Part shown: positions 23,605-35,762 of the stretch, one piece after another
Position numbering within the stretch: position 1 is the first letter of the stretch
Layout of the letters: every line of letters starts with the position of its first letter
Assembly: GCA_023920165.1 (NCBI GenBank)
Contig: CP089276.1
Coordinates: 4,154,001-4,218,000, forward strand
Reading direction: 5' to 3'
DNA length: 64,000 nt
Origin: Curvularia clavata
Taxonomy: Eukaryota
The notes under the pieces: model-generated
What the model was told of the DNA's origin: nothing
Database searches by the model: none
Seen by the model: only the letters and a program-made list of their open reading frames with translations
Translations under genes and position numbers: made by a program

Positions 23605-25337
23605 ATGTTCACACAAGAAGAACAAGACATAATCAAGTCCCAACCTATAGGCAAACTACTTGAAGGATTTCGCGAGACATCCAAGCAAACATGTATTGTG
23701 GTACCATGCGATGTCTATTCGATGGTGTTTCGTAATTCCGGCTCTGAAGTTATCTCAAACCTATGCCATCTTTGTCACGCTTCTGACATAGTTATCTACA
23801 GATACTTACATAATACGAAGCGCTAGTAGCGTCGAGTATGAACAAACACAACCACTTGTTGACGCAATTCTTGACGAAAAACCTGGTACAGTTATTTAGA
23901 AAAAAGTCTTATGCCGCCTTCGCCAGGCCTACAACACCGCCACCCTCCGCTTTTCCTATTCTCTCTATTCGACAAACCCCTGGTGTCATCAACACTAGCA
24001 GCTTTCAAAACACCGCCGAGGAGCGCCGCGACCTTGATGGACTGCTGAGAACGGAGCTGGATGATCTGAAAAAGGATATACCCAATATCTTCAACCTGTT
24101 ATTGGCTGGGGTGCCAACACTCAAGGAGACGTCAGAAGCCGTCTTCGCAAAATACAAGGAAGGGAATATCCCACTCTACAAGAAGCTCGGAGGCTGGCAG
24201 GACTGGCCTTGGTGACAACTACTTCCCAATTCGCCGGATTCCATGGGAGCTGGTGACAAATTCCACTGAATACTTACAGGGCTGTGTCCAAGCGCAAGTT
24301 GGACATCTACTTCTAGAACTCCGGCGCTAGCCAAAGCTCTGGTCCCAACTGGAAGCAGGTCCTTACACTTGGAGAACTCAAAAGCAACAAGAGCAACGAC
24401 TAATGGATTGCCAGGAATAGCGCGCCACTTGATATTGCTGGCTACGCAAGGGAAGTGTTCGTTGCGCAAGACAGCCGTCGATTTACTCTCGGGTTCACCC
24501 TCTGCAATTCGTTGATACGTGTGGCTCTTCGATCGTATAGGAGGTATCGCCTCCGAATCATTTTAAATATATGAAGACGGATGTCTCTCTGCACATGTAA
24601 TGTTCGAATTTCTTTGGATGAATCCGACACAGCTAGGGTTGTTTGACCCAACGATTATCACCTTGACCCAGCTCGCTAGCAGAACTCAGCATAACTGACA
24701 GAATACACCGGCTTGTTGTCATTTGTGGCTATTGGAAACCAATACATACCGCAAGCTCCCCAGTTGTTCTACTTGGAGCCCTTGAAGAGCGTATATTGAG
24801 GGATATCAAGCCCTTCATGAGTGCGGGGGCATCCTCCATCGCGATATTTCTATCAACAACCTGATGGTCAATGAAGAAGAGGACAACCCATCCTGGTCAG
24901 CATTCCTTATTGATCTTGACCTTTCTATCGACGAGATACATCAAAAAGCTTCGGGAGCAGGTGATAGAACCGGCACACTTGCCTTTATGGAAATCCAGGT
25001 CCTCGCATACGACCGACACACGTTTTTAGAAAATCTCGGGTCCTTCTTCTGGGTCTTATTTTGGATGTTCGTGCATTTCAATAGGCTGGATAAGGCTGTT
25101 GTGTCGAAATACGAAGACTGGAGTTATAAAGATTTAAGAGGACTAGCTAAGATTAAGTTTAGTATTGTGGGCACGGAGACTCTGTTTTGCTTGGAAATAG
25201 AGGAAAATATTATGAGACACTGCCAGCCACTAGTAGACCGCATATGCTCCCTACAAGACGTGGTTTTTCCAACCAACAGCATGGTAAATAGGAAGGAAGA
25301 TAAACTTTTTTATTCAAGAATGATAGCCATCTTATAA
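23605..25337 (+). pseudogene. FunK1 fungal-type protein kinase pseudogene
   Basis: Fragments in shifting frames: IIKSQPIGKLLEGFR; RPTTPPP...QTP..NTSSF; LDIAGYAREVFVAQDSRRFTLGFTLC..FDRIGGIASESF; GILHRDISINNLM; AFLIDLDL; RTGTLAFM; SFFWVLFW. Stops and frameshifts between them. Confidence 0.88.
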
Positions 25338-25374
25338 CATACAGAATATGAGCTCTCAAATTCAAGTCAAGTGA

Positions 25375-26035
25375 CTAAGGGATCCCCTCAATGTCTGAAG
25401 GCTGATGCATTCCTTTGACCTGGGCCGTTCCCTCTATCGGCGTCGACCAGGCAACCCTCCTCTCAATGAACTGCTCCACCTGCGGCCTCAGCTTGGTCTC
25501 TGCCAGACTGAGATCATCGACCGTGCCCGTACGAAGAATCGTCAAGCCTGGAAACCGAGCACCGCGACGGTACATTAGCGATCCGCACGTCTTGCAAAAG
25601 TAATTCGTCATAAGTGCATTGGCGCGAATCGTCTTGGACTCGCTGAAAGTCGTGAGATTGTCCTCGCCGCGGACGTGTTTCAGATGAGAATCTGCGACGG
25701 TTATGTTGGATTGGTAGAATGCGGAGCCAATCTTGCGGCAATCGATGCAGTGGCAGACGTGCCGGTTGATTAAACCGGGCTTTTGGAGTGGCTGGACATG
25801 CTTGTCAGTTTGGGGAGGAAAAGGCCAGGTTCGTAGAGAAAATGGACTTGTCGAAACTCGGTGTATGAGTAGTCTGAGCTTGACATGTGTATTATAGCGA
25901 ATGCAGCACAGATGGGCGTACCAGAATTACTTGCACAGCTCCGCAAAAGCATGTGGCAGTGGCTTCCTCCTCATTAGACCAGCCGTCGTCTGAAAGATTG
26001 ACCACGGGGATGCCTTGATCGTCAAAGGAACTCAT
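25375..26035 (-). CDS. GFA / CENP-V / Mss4-like zinc-binding protein, spliced
   Basis: ATCFCGAVQ, HVCHCIDCRK, YFCKTCGS cysteine motifs, LRTGTVDD. Confidence 0.88.
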
Positions 26036-27242
26036 GATCCTGGGATTTGCGATTGCTCTTTTGAGAGATTTGATACTATAACTGAAAGGACCTAAAGACG
26101 TTACTGGTGCTGGCTCAGTAAGAAGGATTTGATTTAATCCAGAGTAAGCTGATGAACGAGAAAGTAGTGTGTGGATAAGAGTCCGTTCCTCGGAACGACC
26201 AAACTTATATATTACTTCCTCTTCTTCATGAGGAGACGACGACGAAGACACTCTGCAGCGCTTTCTAATCAATCGACGCAACTCCAGCTCCTGTTTGACG
26301 ATGGATGCGTCGGCTATATCGCGTACATCGCGTAACTCGCGTACGAGGGCAATGGTTAATCGGGCGTACCTACCCCACCATGCGCCATGGCTTCCCATGG
26401 CCGAAAGCCCATCCGCATGACGACATAGTAAGCACACTAACATCAAACCGGGCTATTGCCGTGAGGCAGGCCCGACTGCACGATTTTCAACATGTTTAGA
26501 GAGCTCTAATAATTTCTGAATACCGCCGAAATGTCTTAGCACGAGGGAGAGTGGCAACCGGAGTTACACATCTATGGGTTTTGGCTATGTGACGTCACTG
26601 ATCGAGCATGAGATTATGGTTGCTGAATGCTGTTGTTTTATTGTCTCTGGTTCGGCTTCCATTAGTGTATAATTGAATGATCAAGTAGTCACAAACTAGC
26701 AAATTGGTCAGTTTGATCAAAATTGCTGTTCTTTAGCCGAAGTCTCAGTTATCATTAACGTCCATAGCAGTCACTCAGTATTAAGATGCTACTGTTTACT
26801 AGATTACGCTCAACTGTACCATTTGACACCGTTCTAACCTTTTGTCAAAGCCAACAGGTCCAATCCTGAAAAGAAAAGCAGGAAGATCTCGAGCAATCTA
26901 AGGCCAACTGAACTCAATCCGTTAATAGCTCAAGGAATAGCCATCAGAATAATGTTTGTGAATGCACCTAGTCATTTTGTACGATTAATGGTGACTCAAG
27001 TTGAGATTTGGCTATATAGATCAAATTAACCCACGTAGCTAGTTCTTTATGCATCTTATTCTCAATCGTTGTTAAGTTGAGTGAGGATATATCTACCCCC
27101 CTTTTTTTTTTTTGGAAAGTTGCTTGGAATAGAAGTGAATAAGAACATATAATCGTTGGAATGATGAGACTTGCTTATATCTACAAACAGGGATTTTTGA
27201 GACAATACCAATTACAAAGCCGTATACACGAACTAGTAGAAA

Positions 27243-28328
27243 TCATTTTGTTTCGTGTGGACGGATGACAACCTTTTTTCCAGAGACACCCTTCTTGTTC
27301 ATGGCCAAGGCCTCTTCAATCGCTGCAAGCCCTCCAGGCACGACTTGGGGTCGGTTCGGAGTGAATAGGCCCTGAGCAATGTACCCGTCAGGCCCACCCA
27401 AGAACTTGGCAAGAGGCTCACTTAGAGGTCGTAGTGTGGGCGAGCTTCCGAGCCCAAGAATCTGCTTGATCTCAATACGAGGCTCTGCGCTCTGACCGAG
27501 CGCCTTGGCTTCGGGGTCCGGGTGTTCTGGCACAACAACATGGACTGTGACTAGGTCACTGCCGGGTGTCTTTGCTTTCCGAAGAACCTGCACCGCAAGC
27601 TTCTGGGTAGAAGGGGCAGAAATGGCATCAAAGACGAAATCGAGAGGGCTCCCGCCCAACGCTTCGAAGAACGTATCCACGTCGGATTTAGATCGATCTA
27701 AGACGGCATGAGCACCAATACTCTTGAGGAAGTCGTGGTTGTTGGAGCTGGCATTCGTGACGATTCGGTCGTATCCTGATAGACGTGCCATTTGTATGGC
27801 GTATTGGCCAACAGAAGAGGCTCCACCAATGATGATAATGGATTTTCCTTTTCCGACCTGATCACCATCTTTCTCCCATGGTGGAATCATTCCATGCCCT
27901 TGTTCAGCATAAAATGCAGTCACCACAGCCACGGTAGCAAGCATGATTCCAGATGCTTCCTCATCGCTGATATTATCAGGAGTCTTAGAAACCAGCTCAG
28001 CTGGCATCTTGCAGTACTGTTGAAAAGTTGATGCGTCGTAGTTGCCAATGATACCTTGGAAGAATACACGGTCGCCGACCTGGAATCCTTTGACATCTGG
28101 GCCAACAGCCACTACTACACCTGCTGCGTCAGAGCCGAGGACAGCCGGATATTCCTTGAGAAAAACATCGTAGTCGCGCATCTTGTAGTCGACAGGGTTG
28201 ATAGCGGTGGCGGTGATCTTGATGCCCAGCTCTTTGGATCCCAAAGGAGACAGGCTGCGCTGGACAAGGGATAGTTTGGCTTTGGGCGTGCGCAACTCGC
28301 AGCCCTGGAAGGTTGACGGAAGAGACAT
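27243..28328 (-). CDS. Medium-chain dehydrogenase/reductase, enoyl-reductase-like (zinc-free type), intronless
   Basis: AINPVDYK, LGSDAAGVV, GDRVF, GGASSVGQYAIQ, terminal VSGKKVVI. Confidence 0.92.
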   Translation of the reverse strand: MSLPSTFQGCELRTPKAKLSLVQRSLSPLGSKELGIKITATAINPVDYKMRDYDVFLKEYPAVLGSDAAGVVVAVGPDVKGFQVGDRVFFQGIIGNYDASTFQQYCKMPAELVSKTPDNISDEEASGIMLATVAVVTAFYAEQGHGMIPPWEKDGDQVGKGKSIIIIGGASSVGQYAIQMARLSGYDRIVTNASSNNHDFLKSIGAHAVLDRSKSDVDTFFEALGGSPLDFVFDAISAPSTQKLAVQVLRKAKTPGSDLVTVHVVVPEHPDPEAKALGQSAEPRIEIKQILGLGSSPTLRPLSEPLAKFLGGPDGYIAQGLFTPNRPQVVPGGLAAIEEALAMNKKGVSGKKVVIRPHETK

Positions 28329-29008
28329 GTTTGGTGGATATGGATGTTGCTTCTCAATTGGACGAAGTTTACGGAATTCAATTCCTTTGGAGATTGTTTC
28401 GTATGATGGATAGATGGGTCGCTTTGGTATGGCGTATGGAGTACCGAGAACACTAAAGAGCCACTTGAGAGCTGGCTCATCTGGAGTCTTTAAATACTTT
28501 CATCTGTGACAGCACCACACTTTCATAGGCATGTCCAATGATGTAATGTAGCTCCGGCAAGAGCCGAATTAAACTTTTCACATCATGGTGATTATCTGAA
28601 AATGGGAACATCGGCCAAGGGACAAGAAGCATGGACTCATAGCGCTGCAAAGCTCGTCTAGCTCGGTTACTTCGCTTCGATCAGGTCAGGCTAGCGTGTT
28701 ACTTCGTCCCCAGAGATTTGGGGTGAGTTGGGAACCCCGCTTCCAAAACCAACGTAGTTGTACTAGGCTGGATCGCGTAAGGCGTGGTCATGTCCCGCCA
28801 AAGCTTGCTGCAACTTGACATCAATCTCGATAGCAGCTCTTTGACACTATCAACGGCTGTAGCTTAGCCTCCTACATCTTTGCCCTACAGAGAGGCAGCC
28901 CCTGTAGTCATACTACTTGCTGCTCCCTGGCACCATAACACATTTCTCAATCTTAGTCCGACGGTAGCGGCTCTCAAGGTTGCAGCAGACGGTCGACTCC
29001 TGCTGACC

Positions 29009-31125
29009 ATGCACGACAGGAAGCGTAGGGCTCGTACAGGATGTCTGACTTGCAAAGCCCGCCGTGTCAAATGCGATGAGCAGGTACCAGAATGCAGGCG
29101 CTGCATTAACGCCAACGTCGCCTGTGCAGGATATGAGCAGCGACGTGTCGTTGTCCCCATCAAGTCTTCAGATCATGCACAAGAGGAACGAAGAACCACA
29201 TCATCGCCATCAACATCGTTGATCAGCCAGAATTGGCAGCAATTCCTTCCCCCCTTATTAGCGAGCGAAGGGACTGCAAGCTCGGTTTCGCCAGGGTCGC
29301 CTTCCAGATCACAGAGTGAAACACAGCATCCAAATATTGCTATGATTGGTAACCATGCACCACTAGTTGGGTTTCCCTCTAGTCCTCGCCCGAACCAGTG
29401 TCCCAGTCTCGGTGCCCGGCATGTGCTCGGTTACCATCAAGTCCTCTTACGAACGCTTCCTATACTGTTTCCCCCTCAGCATCTCCAATTCTGGCGCGAT
29501 GAGCTTCTCCAGGAAGCATGGGGCCGCGACTACCTCTATCTGACTCTCGTCGCCTTGGGAAATATTCATCGTGCGGCATTGATGACCGTTGCAGATAGTG
29601 AACGTGACCAAACTAATGGCTTTGACATGAAAATCACTGCCGTGCAACTTTACACCCAAGCACTTGAAGAGCTGGCAAAACATCTGGAAGAAGCTAAGCA
29701 GACCCCCATATTGCTCATTGCAACTCTTTGCTTGATGGCCTATTTCGAGGTAGGTAGCCAAAGTCACCATATTTCCCTAAAAGTATCAACTAAAAGCAAG
29801 AAAAGTCGTTTAGTGGCAACATCCCTGCATTTATTGGCCGTATTCAAGCCGCAGACCATTATTTTGCGACGCTGGTACCGGTTTACATTGGTTCTTACGG
29901 TAAAGAAAGGCCACAAAATGGAGATCTGGCGCCATTGCGAGACTGCCTTCGATCCTTGGGCCAAACTTGTTACGTTACCCTGCCACTGAAGCTAATACAC
30001 GTAACAACTGAACAACATTTGGATGCCTTCTATGTCGACCCACCAGACCCAGAGCGTGACTCATCCACAGCTCTCGCCGCCCTTCAAAGTCTTGTCAGCA
30101 TGATTTCTGAGAGTCACAAGATCAAGGAACTTATATGGAGCCCTATTGCAGCCTACACTCGAATTGTATCGGCCCAAACCATAAACGGCTTCGAGGAAAA
30201 ACTCATAAAGTGGCGGAATAATTATCAAGACCTCATCCCTGAGCTAGACACGGACGCTGCTCTGAAAACACTGCTCGTTTACCGTTGGTCACAATTTGCT
30301 ATGCCACCACCATCGTACACGTCTACCACACGTAACAAATCGCTCGCAGCTGCACACTATAATTTTTACAGAGCCCGCCTCAAATGGGCACTGGTACTTT
30401 TAGAGGATGATGTGCCGCAGAACAAACCAACGGCCGAGTTCTACTTCTACGAAGCTCTCCGCCACGCAGCATCTCACGCAGCATTTCTCACTGCTAAAAA
30501 CTGTGATGAGAATTTATATATTCCGTGCGAAGCGCTGAAGGTTGGGCTTTTACCAGTACTTCATATCACTGGCCTCTGCAGCCCTCAGCCTCTCTGGCTT
30601 GAATGGATCAAAAATCTATGCGACCAGATCATCCAGGAAGGCGTTCTCAAAGGACATACCTTTGCCACGAATCTCGATTGCCTGCACAAATTCGAGATGG
30701 AAAGATCTCGTGGCAACTATCTTGCAACAATAGATCAATATCCAGAGCCTGCAGAGCGTATCATCTGCCAACTCATTCCTGAAACGGACGGGCGCCACTT
30801 TAGATCTTTCTTTGCTATGCCTTCTGCTGTTCATGATCCCCAACATGCTGGCCTCGGTGCATACCGTGTGATAGGTGATGCTCGGTGGAAATGTAGTTAT
30901 GGTGAAGGTCCTTGCACGCCAATCTTCAACGTTTATGACCAGAATGCCAACTTGGAATCGTTTTCAACGGAGTGGTTGTATAATACGCAGTCTGCTTTGG
31001 ACTGGCTCGTGTGGTCCCAAGAAAAAGAGTTCCACATGGATCGTGCTCTCCAAGATCATATCAGCGGAACCAGACTGCTCTTGGCCACTGATGATGCAGT
31101 GGCGAGGAGCCATATGGAGACATAA
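29009..31125 (+). CDS. Zn(II)2Cys6 transcription factor, 2 exons (intron 29750-29805)
   Basis: [34 protein letters not shown]; splicing joins YFE/SFSGN in frame with ORF 29935-31125. Confidence 0.9.
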
Positions 31126-32596
31126 ATCTCAGGGGGGTTTTGGTGGTTGTAAATAAAGAAATCAGGTTTTTTCGCTGACCAGTATCATCTTGGATATCGT
31201 AAAGAAGTCCTGGCGAATGTTCACTGTAGTGTTGGAAATACTTAGCGCTTTTTCTGCATGAATCCAAGCGCTCACACAATTGAATCCCTGAGGTAGCTCT
31301 ATCCTTTATGATCCTGATGGTCGATTCCATGAAGTTTGCAGGAGTTACATACACATATTGCAAGGTACCTGGTGAAAGTCATCTTTTCTAATATTTCTTC
31401 AGATGGTGGGTCTAACGTCATAGTTGTAGTGGCCAATAGGTAATCTAAATAGAAACATGCATTTCTCTTATCTTCGTTTTAGGATTACCGTTTGGCAAAC
31501 AGAAGACACCAATTTGCTCCACCTGAGACTCAACCTTGGGATATGTACATAAGGATGACGCAGAGAATCGGTGACTATTCGTTGGGAGAATCCTGAGTGC
31601 CAGATATTGACTGTTACATTTCTATAGCCATGGACCACAGTGGCATAAGTTTAACAATCAGTGGTGGATTGAAGAGAGATGTGACCATGAGAAGGTATCG
31701 AAGTGATATGATGCTAATCATGAAGCGAGAGCTGCTTGATTACCCAAAAAGTCGAAGTGATACGGTGCAGTCAGAGATTTACACTAATGTCAGAAAAAGA
31801 ATCTCTCAACAACACATGTCCTGGGGTGCTACAAGACGCATCGCTGCATCGAAGTTTTTGTATCGTCGGCACGAGTCCGCGAGAATTAGTGGAAGAATAT
31901 CTGGCAGAAAATATGAGGAGTCAAAGGAGCTAGAATTTTGCAATTCATCATTCGGAACCTGAAGTGCGTAGAGAATCTGGCAAGACCATCCGGTCATCTA
32001 AAAGATTATATTTAAAATTATCTATCATAATCAGTGCACTACATGACCGCCATTTTGGGGTATCATTAACAAGGAAGTAAACTTCATCTTCATGGCCAGC
32101 TGCCATCATTAAAGGAATTGAATATCCGACTTCCTGCTCTGTATACAGAACCGACCTCGCCGTCTCAGGTCATCTCGCCAGCTTTCAGTGATCATTGTCC
32201 CACTCTTCCCTCAGACATGCATTGCATCATACCCCCAAGTGAAACCCCCGACTATGTGGTGCGCCATCGTCACCAAAGCTCGTATTCAGGCGCCCTGGCT
32301 GCGAATCTCCATGACATCAATCAACTGCAGCAGAGGGTAAGTTCATGCAATCCCTTGCTATATCCAGCTCGAGACGACGCAGCACTTCCACAAACCTTAC
32401 TGCAGAAGCTACATACATGCAGTGCAGACATAATGAATGGTGTGGTGCAGTTGGCTGGTAGTATTAGCATAGTGGCAAAACCCATCCATCCTTTACACGA
32501 TGAGTTTTTTTCCTTACTAAGACCATTACTCAATTGTTGCTTGTTTTACATAGAGCTAATTTGTCATTACCGACCCCAATTCATAAGGGCTTGCAT

Positions 32597-33322
32597 TCAA
32601 GCAGCCTTTGTGCGTAATTGTAGGCCATGCCAGTTCTTGATTTCTTCCTTCAACACCTCGTTGACCATCTTATGCTGCTTGATAACTGTCAAGCCCTTGA
32701 ACTTGGGCGACACGATTTCAATCGCATACATTGACCCGCAACCTCCGCTGATGTCTTGAACCTTTGTAAGCGTGTTAGTAATCTATTATCCCGACTGGAG
32801 AGAGCCGGCCGCTTTGGGTTCGGCATCCCGAAAAATGTCGCTAGGCGAGCCTATCGCCCTCCGAAGACCTGCTTTTTATCGCACTGCCCGAGAGTCGCTG
32901 CAATGCTGATATGACGCGCATATCGGACAGTGCAGTGATCGGTGGCGCGACCGGTGTCATCAACGCGATACGCCCATATCTCCGCATTGATGCAATATTC
33001 GCAGACAGAAAGGCGGGGAATCATTGCATACCTCTAGTTTTACGGGCTCCAGTTCTGACCTTATCTTATTGAAGACGTGTAATTCGGCCTCGTTCAGGAA
33101 ATCCGGAGGTTGGGGTGTGGTACTGGCTGACTGCGAGTACGCCCTTGTGCATGATCTGCAAATTTGTGGCTGTTGCACTGGGCCAGACTCCGGGCCTGAA
33201 ATGCGTCGTGTTGTTCGTACTGGGGTAGCAAATGTTGTAAGAAGACGCGAGGTCGGTCGCAAGCGTGGTGTCGCAGTCGCGCAGATTATACGGCGAACGA
33301 GGAGCGCTCTCGAAGGTGCCAT
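32597..33322 (-). CDS. BOL3: Mitochondrial BolA protein (BolA3/Aim1 type), 2 exons (intron 32762-33031)
   Basis: Arg-rich presequence; [25 protein letters not shown]...[10 protein letters not shown]...WHGLQLRT. Confidence 0.9.
32833..32933 (-). ncRNA. Possible intronic H/ACA snoRNA-like structure
   Basis: Sense strand: 11-bp stem, then AUAAAA (ANANNA), short second hairpin, then ACAUUU, inside an unusually long intron. Confidence 0.25.
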
Positions 33323-34987
33323 TGATGCGGGATGAGGTTACGAGGAGATAACGTGAGAGGCTTTCTATCGCAAGGCGAGTTCGCTGTTCCCCAGCACTGA
33401 CAGGCGAATGTGTAACTGTTGACGCAGCAATGGATTGTTGCTTAACAATGGTGAACTTCATAATTGGATGACTTCGTCATAGAGGTCCGAGCGCCAGCCG
33501 TCAGGTCACATGACATGTTTATCGTATCACATTCATACTGGGCCTACGATATCGTCACAAATTCACAACCCCCCCTCTGATCGGTTCTGGAAATATGTCT
33601 TGTGCACTACATAGGAGTAAGAGCGGCGATAAACCCATTCTGAGCAACCCGAACATTGAGTGGCAATGCATAACGCGTGTTAAAGACCAACCGAAATCTA
33701 TACAGGAGTAGTCAGCGTCGCGCTGGCGTTGCATAATGCCCAAGGGGGCGAAGAAGAGGGGATCTTGGTGTGCTGTCATGTTGAAGTACCTCGAAGTACC
33801 TCTGAGTTTCGGCAGTTATTCATGTCACTGATAACAAATTCCATTAGCAAGAGTAATGCCCCCAGGGGTTGCAACGGACCTCGCACACTACTCCACCGGG
33901 CGTGTTCACCACCTTGAACGGATACCAACGTCCCCACAGCTTCGCCTCCGCCCCAGGCCCTGTGCTGATGGTGGAGTGCATATCACGACACTTTAGCACC
34001 TCTCTTGCCAACCAACAGTGTGCTCGGGTAACCTGTCCACCAAATGATAGACCTGGACCCCTCCCTTCCAAGACGCAAAACGGCCGAGACCCTTCGGACC
34101 CTGATCAGCGCAATGCAGGTTGCAGGACAGGGAACACCTTCACATGTTGAGGATGGGGTTGCAATGACCTGCAAGAACCCTTCAACTAAGATATGCCACA
34201 CGGGTGGTAGCAAGCCAATAGGCTCTCTTGGGCGCCAACCTGGTGTTGTGTGCACGCCACATTGCAGGTTGAGCCGTCCACAGTTGTTGAGGAATCCATT
34301 CAACCATTCGGGAATGGGCTCGGGTCATCTCCATGTCGAATCGATAGCTTTCTTCGGACAACCAAGAGCACTCATCCTGCAGGGCATGACGCAAGACAAG
34401 TTCTCTTCGTTCGTATCACGCCATCATGTCATCGAACGTTGACATAATCAAAAATATTTTTGTGCCACATCCTCGAGCTGAGCCACCTTTTTTTCTTGGG
34501 CCAAGCACTGGAGCGCCAAGTTGACATTCCTGTTTGGGTACTGGCGTGCGCGGCTCCCGTTGCACCGGGCAATCTATTCCCTCCTATAAATGCCAACGAT
34601 AAATCATTTCCATATTAGGCGACATGACGCCGGCCAATCAGGCTCGCGCTACCCCGGCCTCCAAGCATGGTAGAGTAACAACTTCACTTTGGCAAATCTC
34701 GATGCTGCCTATTTCACCAAGTACAATAACTCTTCAGCAATACCCGAACGGCTATTGTTGTTCCAGGTTGATGGAAAAGGGCCGTGGAGTATACACAAAA
34801 ACAATACTACTAGGCGCTTCATGGAAGTCGTAATATCAAATACAAGCCCCCAGCAATATAGATCGAAGAGTGAATTCCCGATGCGCCGTGGCTCTGGAAC
34901 ACAGCGATGAAGTTGTAGTAGTACAACAAGCGGCATAACACCCCTTGGTGTTCGTGTCGCTACTTCACCGTTCAGAAAGCAGCCAAC

Positions 34988-35762
34988 ATGCGTCACCTCC
35001 TCTTGATCAGCGCTCTGCAATTGCTAGCAGCAGCCATACCACACCCTCAAGCAGCCGACGACCCACTTACCTCGTTCTCTGAGGAGCTGCCAACAGCGAC
35101 TACTGCCATACCGGAGTCGACGTCGCTCAACATTCCCATCACGGCCGTACCTACACCCGAGCCAGACACCGAAGATGATGGTGAAAGCGAGATAGCTAAG
35201 CCAATAAGTCGCTCCTCGAAGAAGCCGCATCAAGAACCAGTTCCAATCTTCACCAAGCGGTGCGAATGTGACATGGCAACAGCCAGGTACCCATGTTGGG
35301 CCACTGATCCACTACAGGTAAGCACTGGCATGGAGGAAGACGACGAGAAGAAAAGAAAGAAAGAAGAGAAAAAGCATTAGATCAATCAGCTGACACAGTC
35401 ATGTGTAGAGGTGCCGTTTTGAAGAGAGCTTCTCCTACGCATGCTACATGCAAGCTGCGGGTGGTTGCCCAAAGCCTAGCCGTATTGTAAGTCAGCCTTT
35501 GCTTCCACAATCTCTTTGTCATTGTATTTCCTGCTCCCATTTCGACGTCTCCACCACCACCACATCTTTCTTAGTCAGATACTGATGCTTGAAGTAGTGC
35601 AGCAACCTCTTCCAGCCCACCCCACTACCACCAGGTCGCCATCCCTGCGAGCTACAACCCAACCCGCATGTACCCTCTACTTTGCCCATCGTGCCACCAT
35701 TTCCATCTCTTACTGGCTTTCCAAACGTAACTTTAAGCTGGCCAACTGCGACTGCTGCCTAG
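34988..35762 (+). CDS. Small secreted protein, ~190 aa, 8 Cys, 3 exons (introns 35318-35408, 35487-35597)
   Basis: Signal peptide MRHLLLISALQLLAAA; both introns have GTAAG donors, CTGAY branch sites and keep frame. Confidence 0.72.

Noticed and set aside
21129..31125. Secondary-metabolite or RiPP cluster (tyrosinase, enoyl reductase, TF)
   Set aside because: No PKS/NRPS/terpene synthase, repeat-containing precursor or UstYa-type gene in the window.
14407..33322. TAH18 and BOL3 as an Fe-S biogenesis cluster
   Set aside because: 16 kb apart, different compartments; likely coincidental.
33840..34450. Possible degraded gene between BOL3 and the secreted protein
   Set aside because: Several short frames but no recognisable motif.
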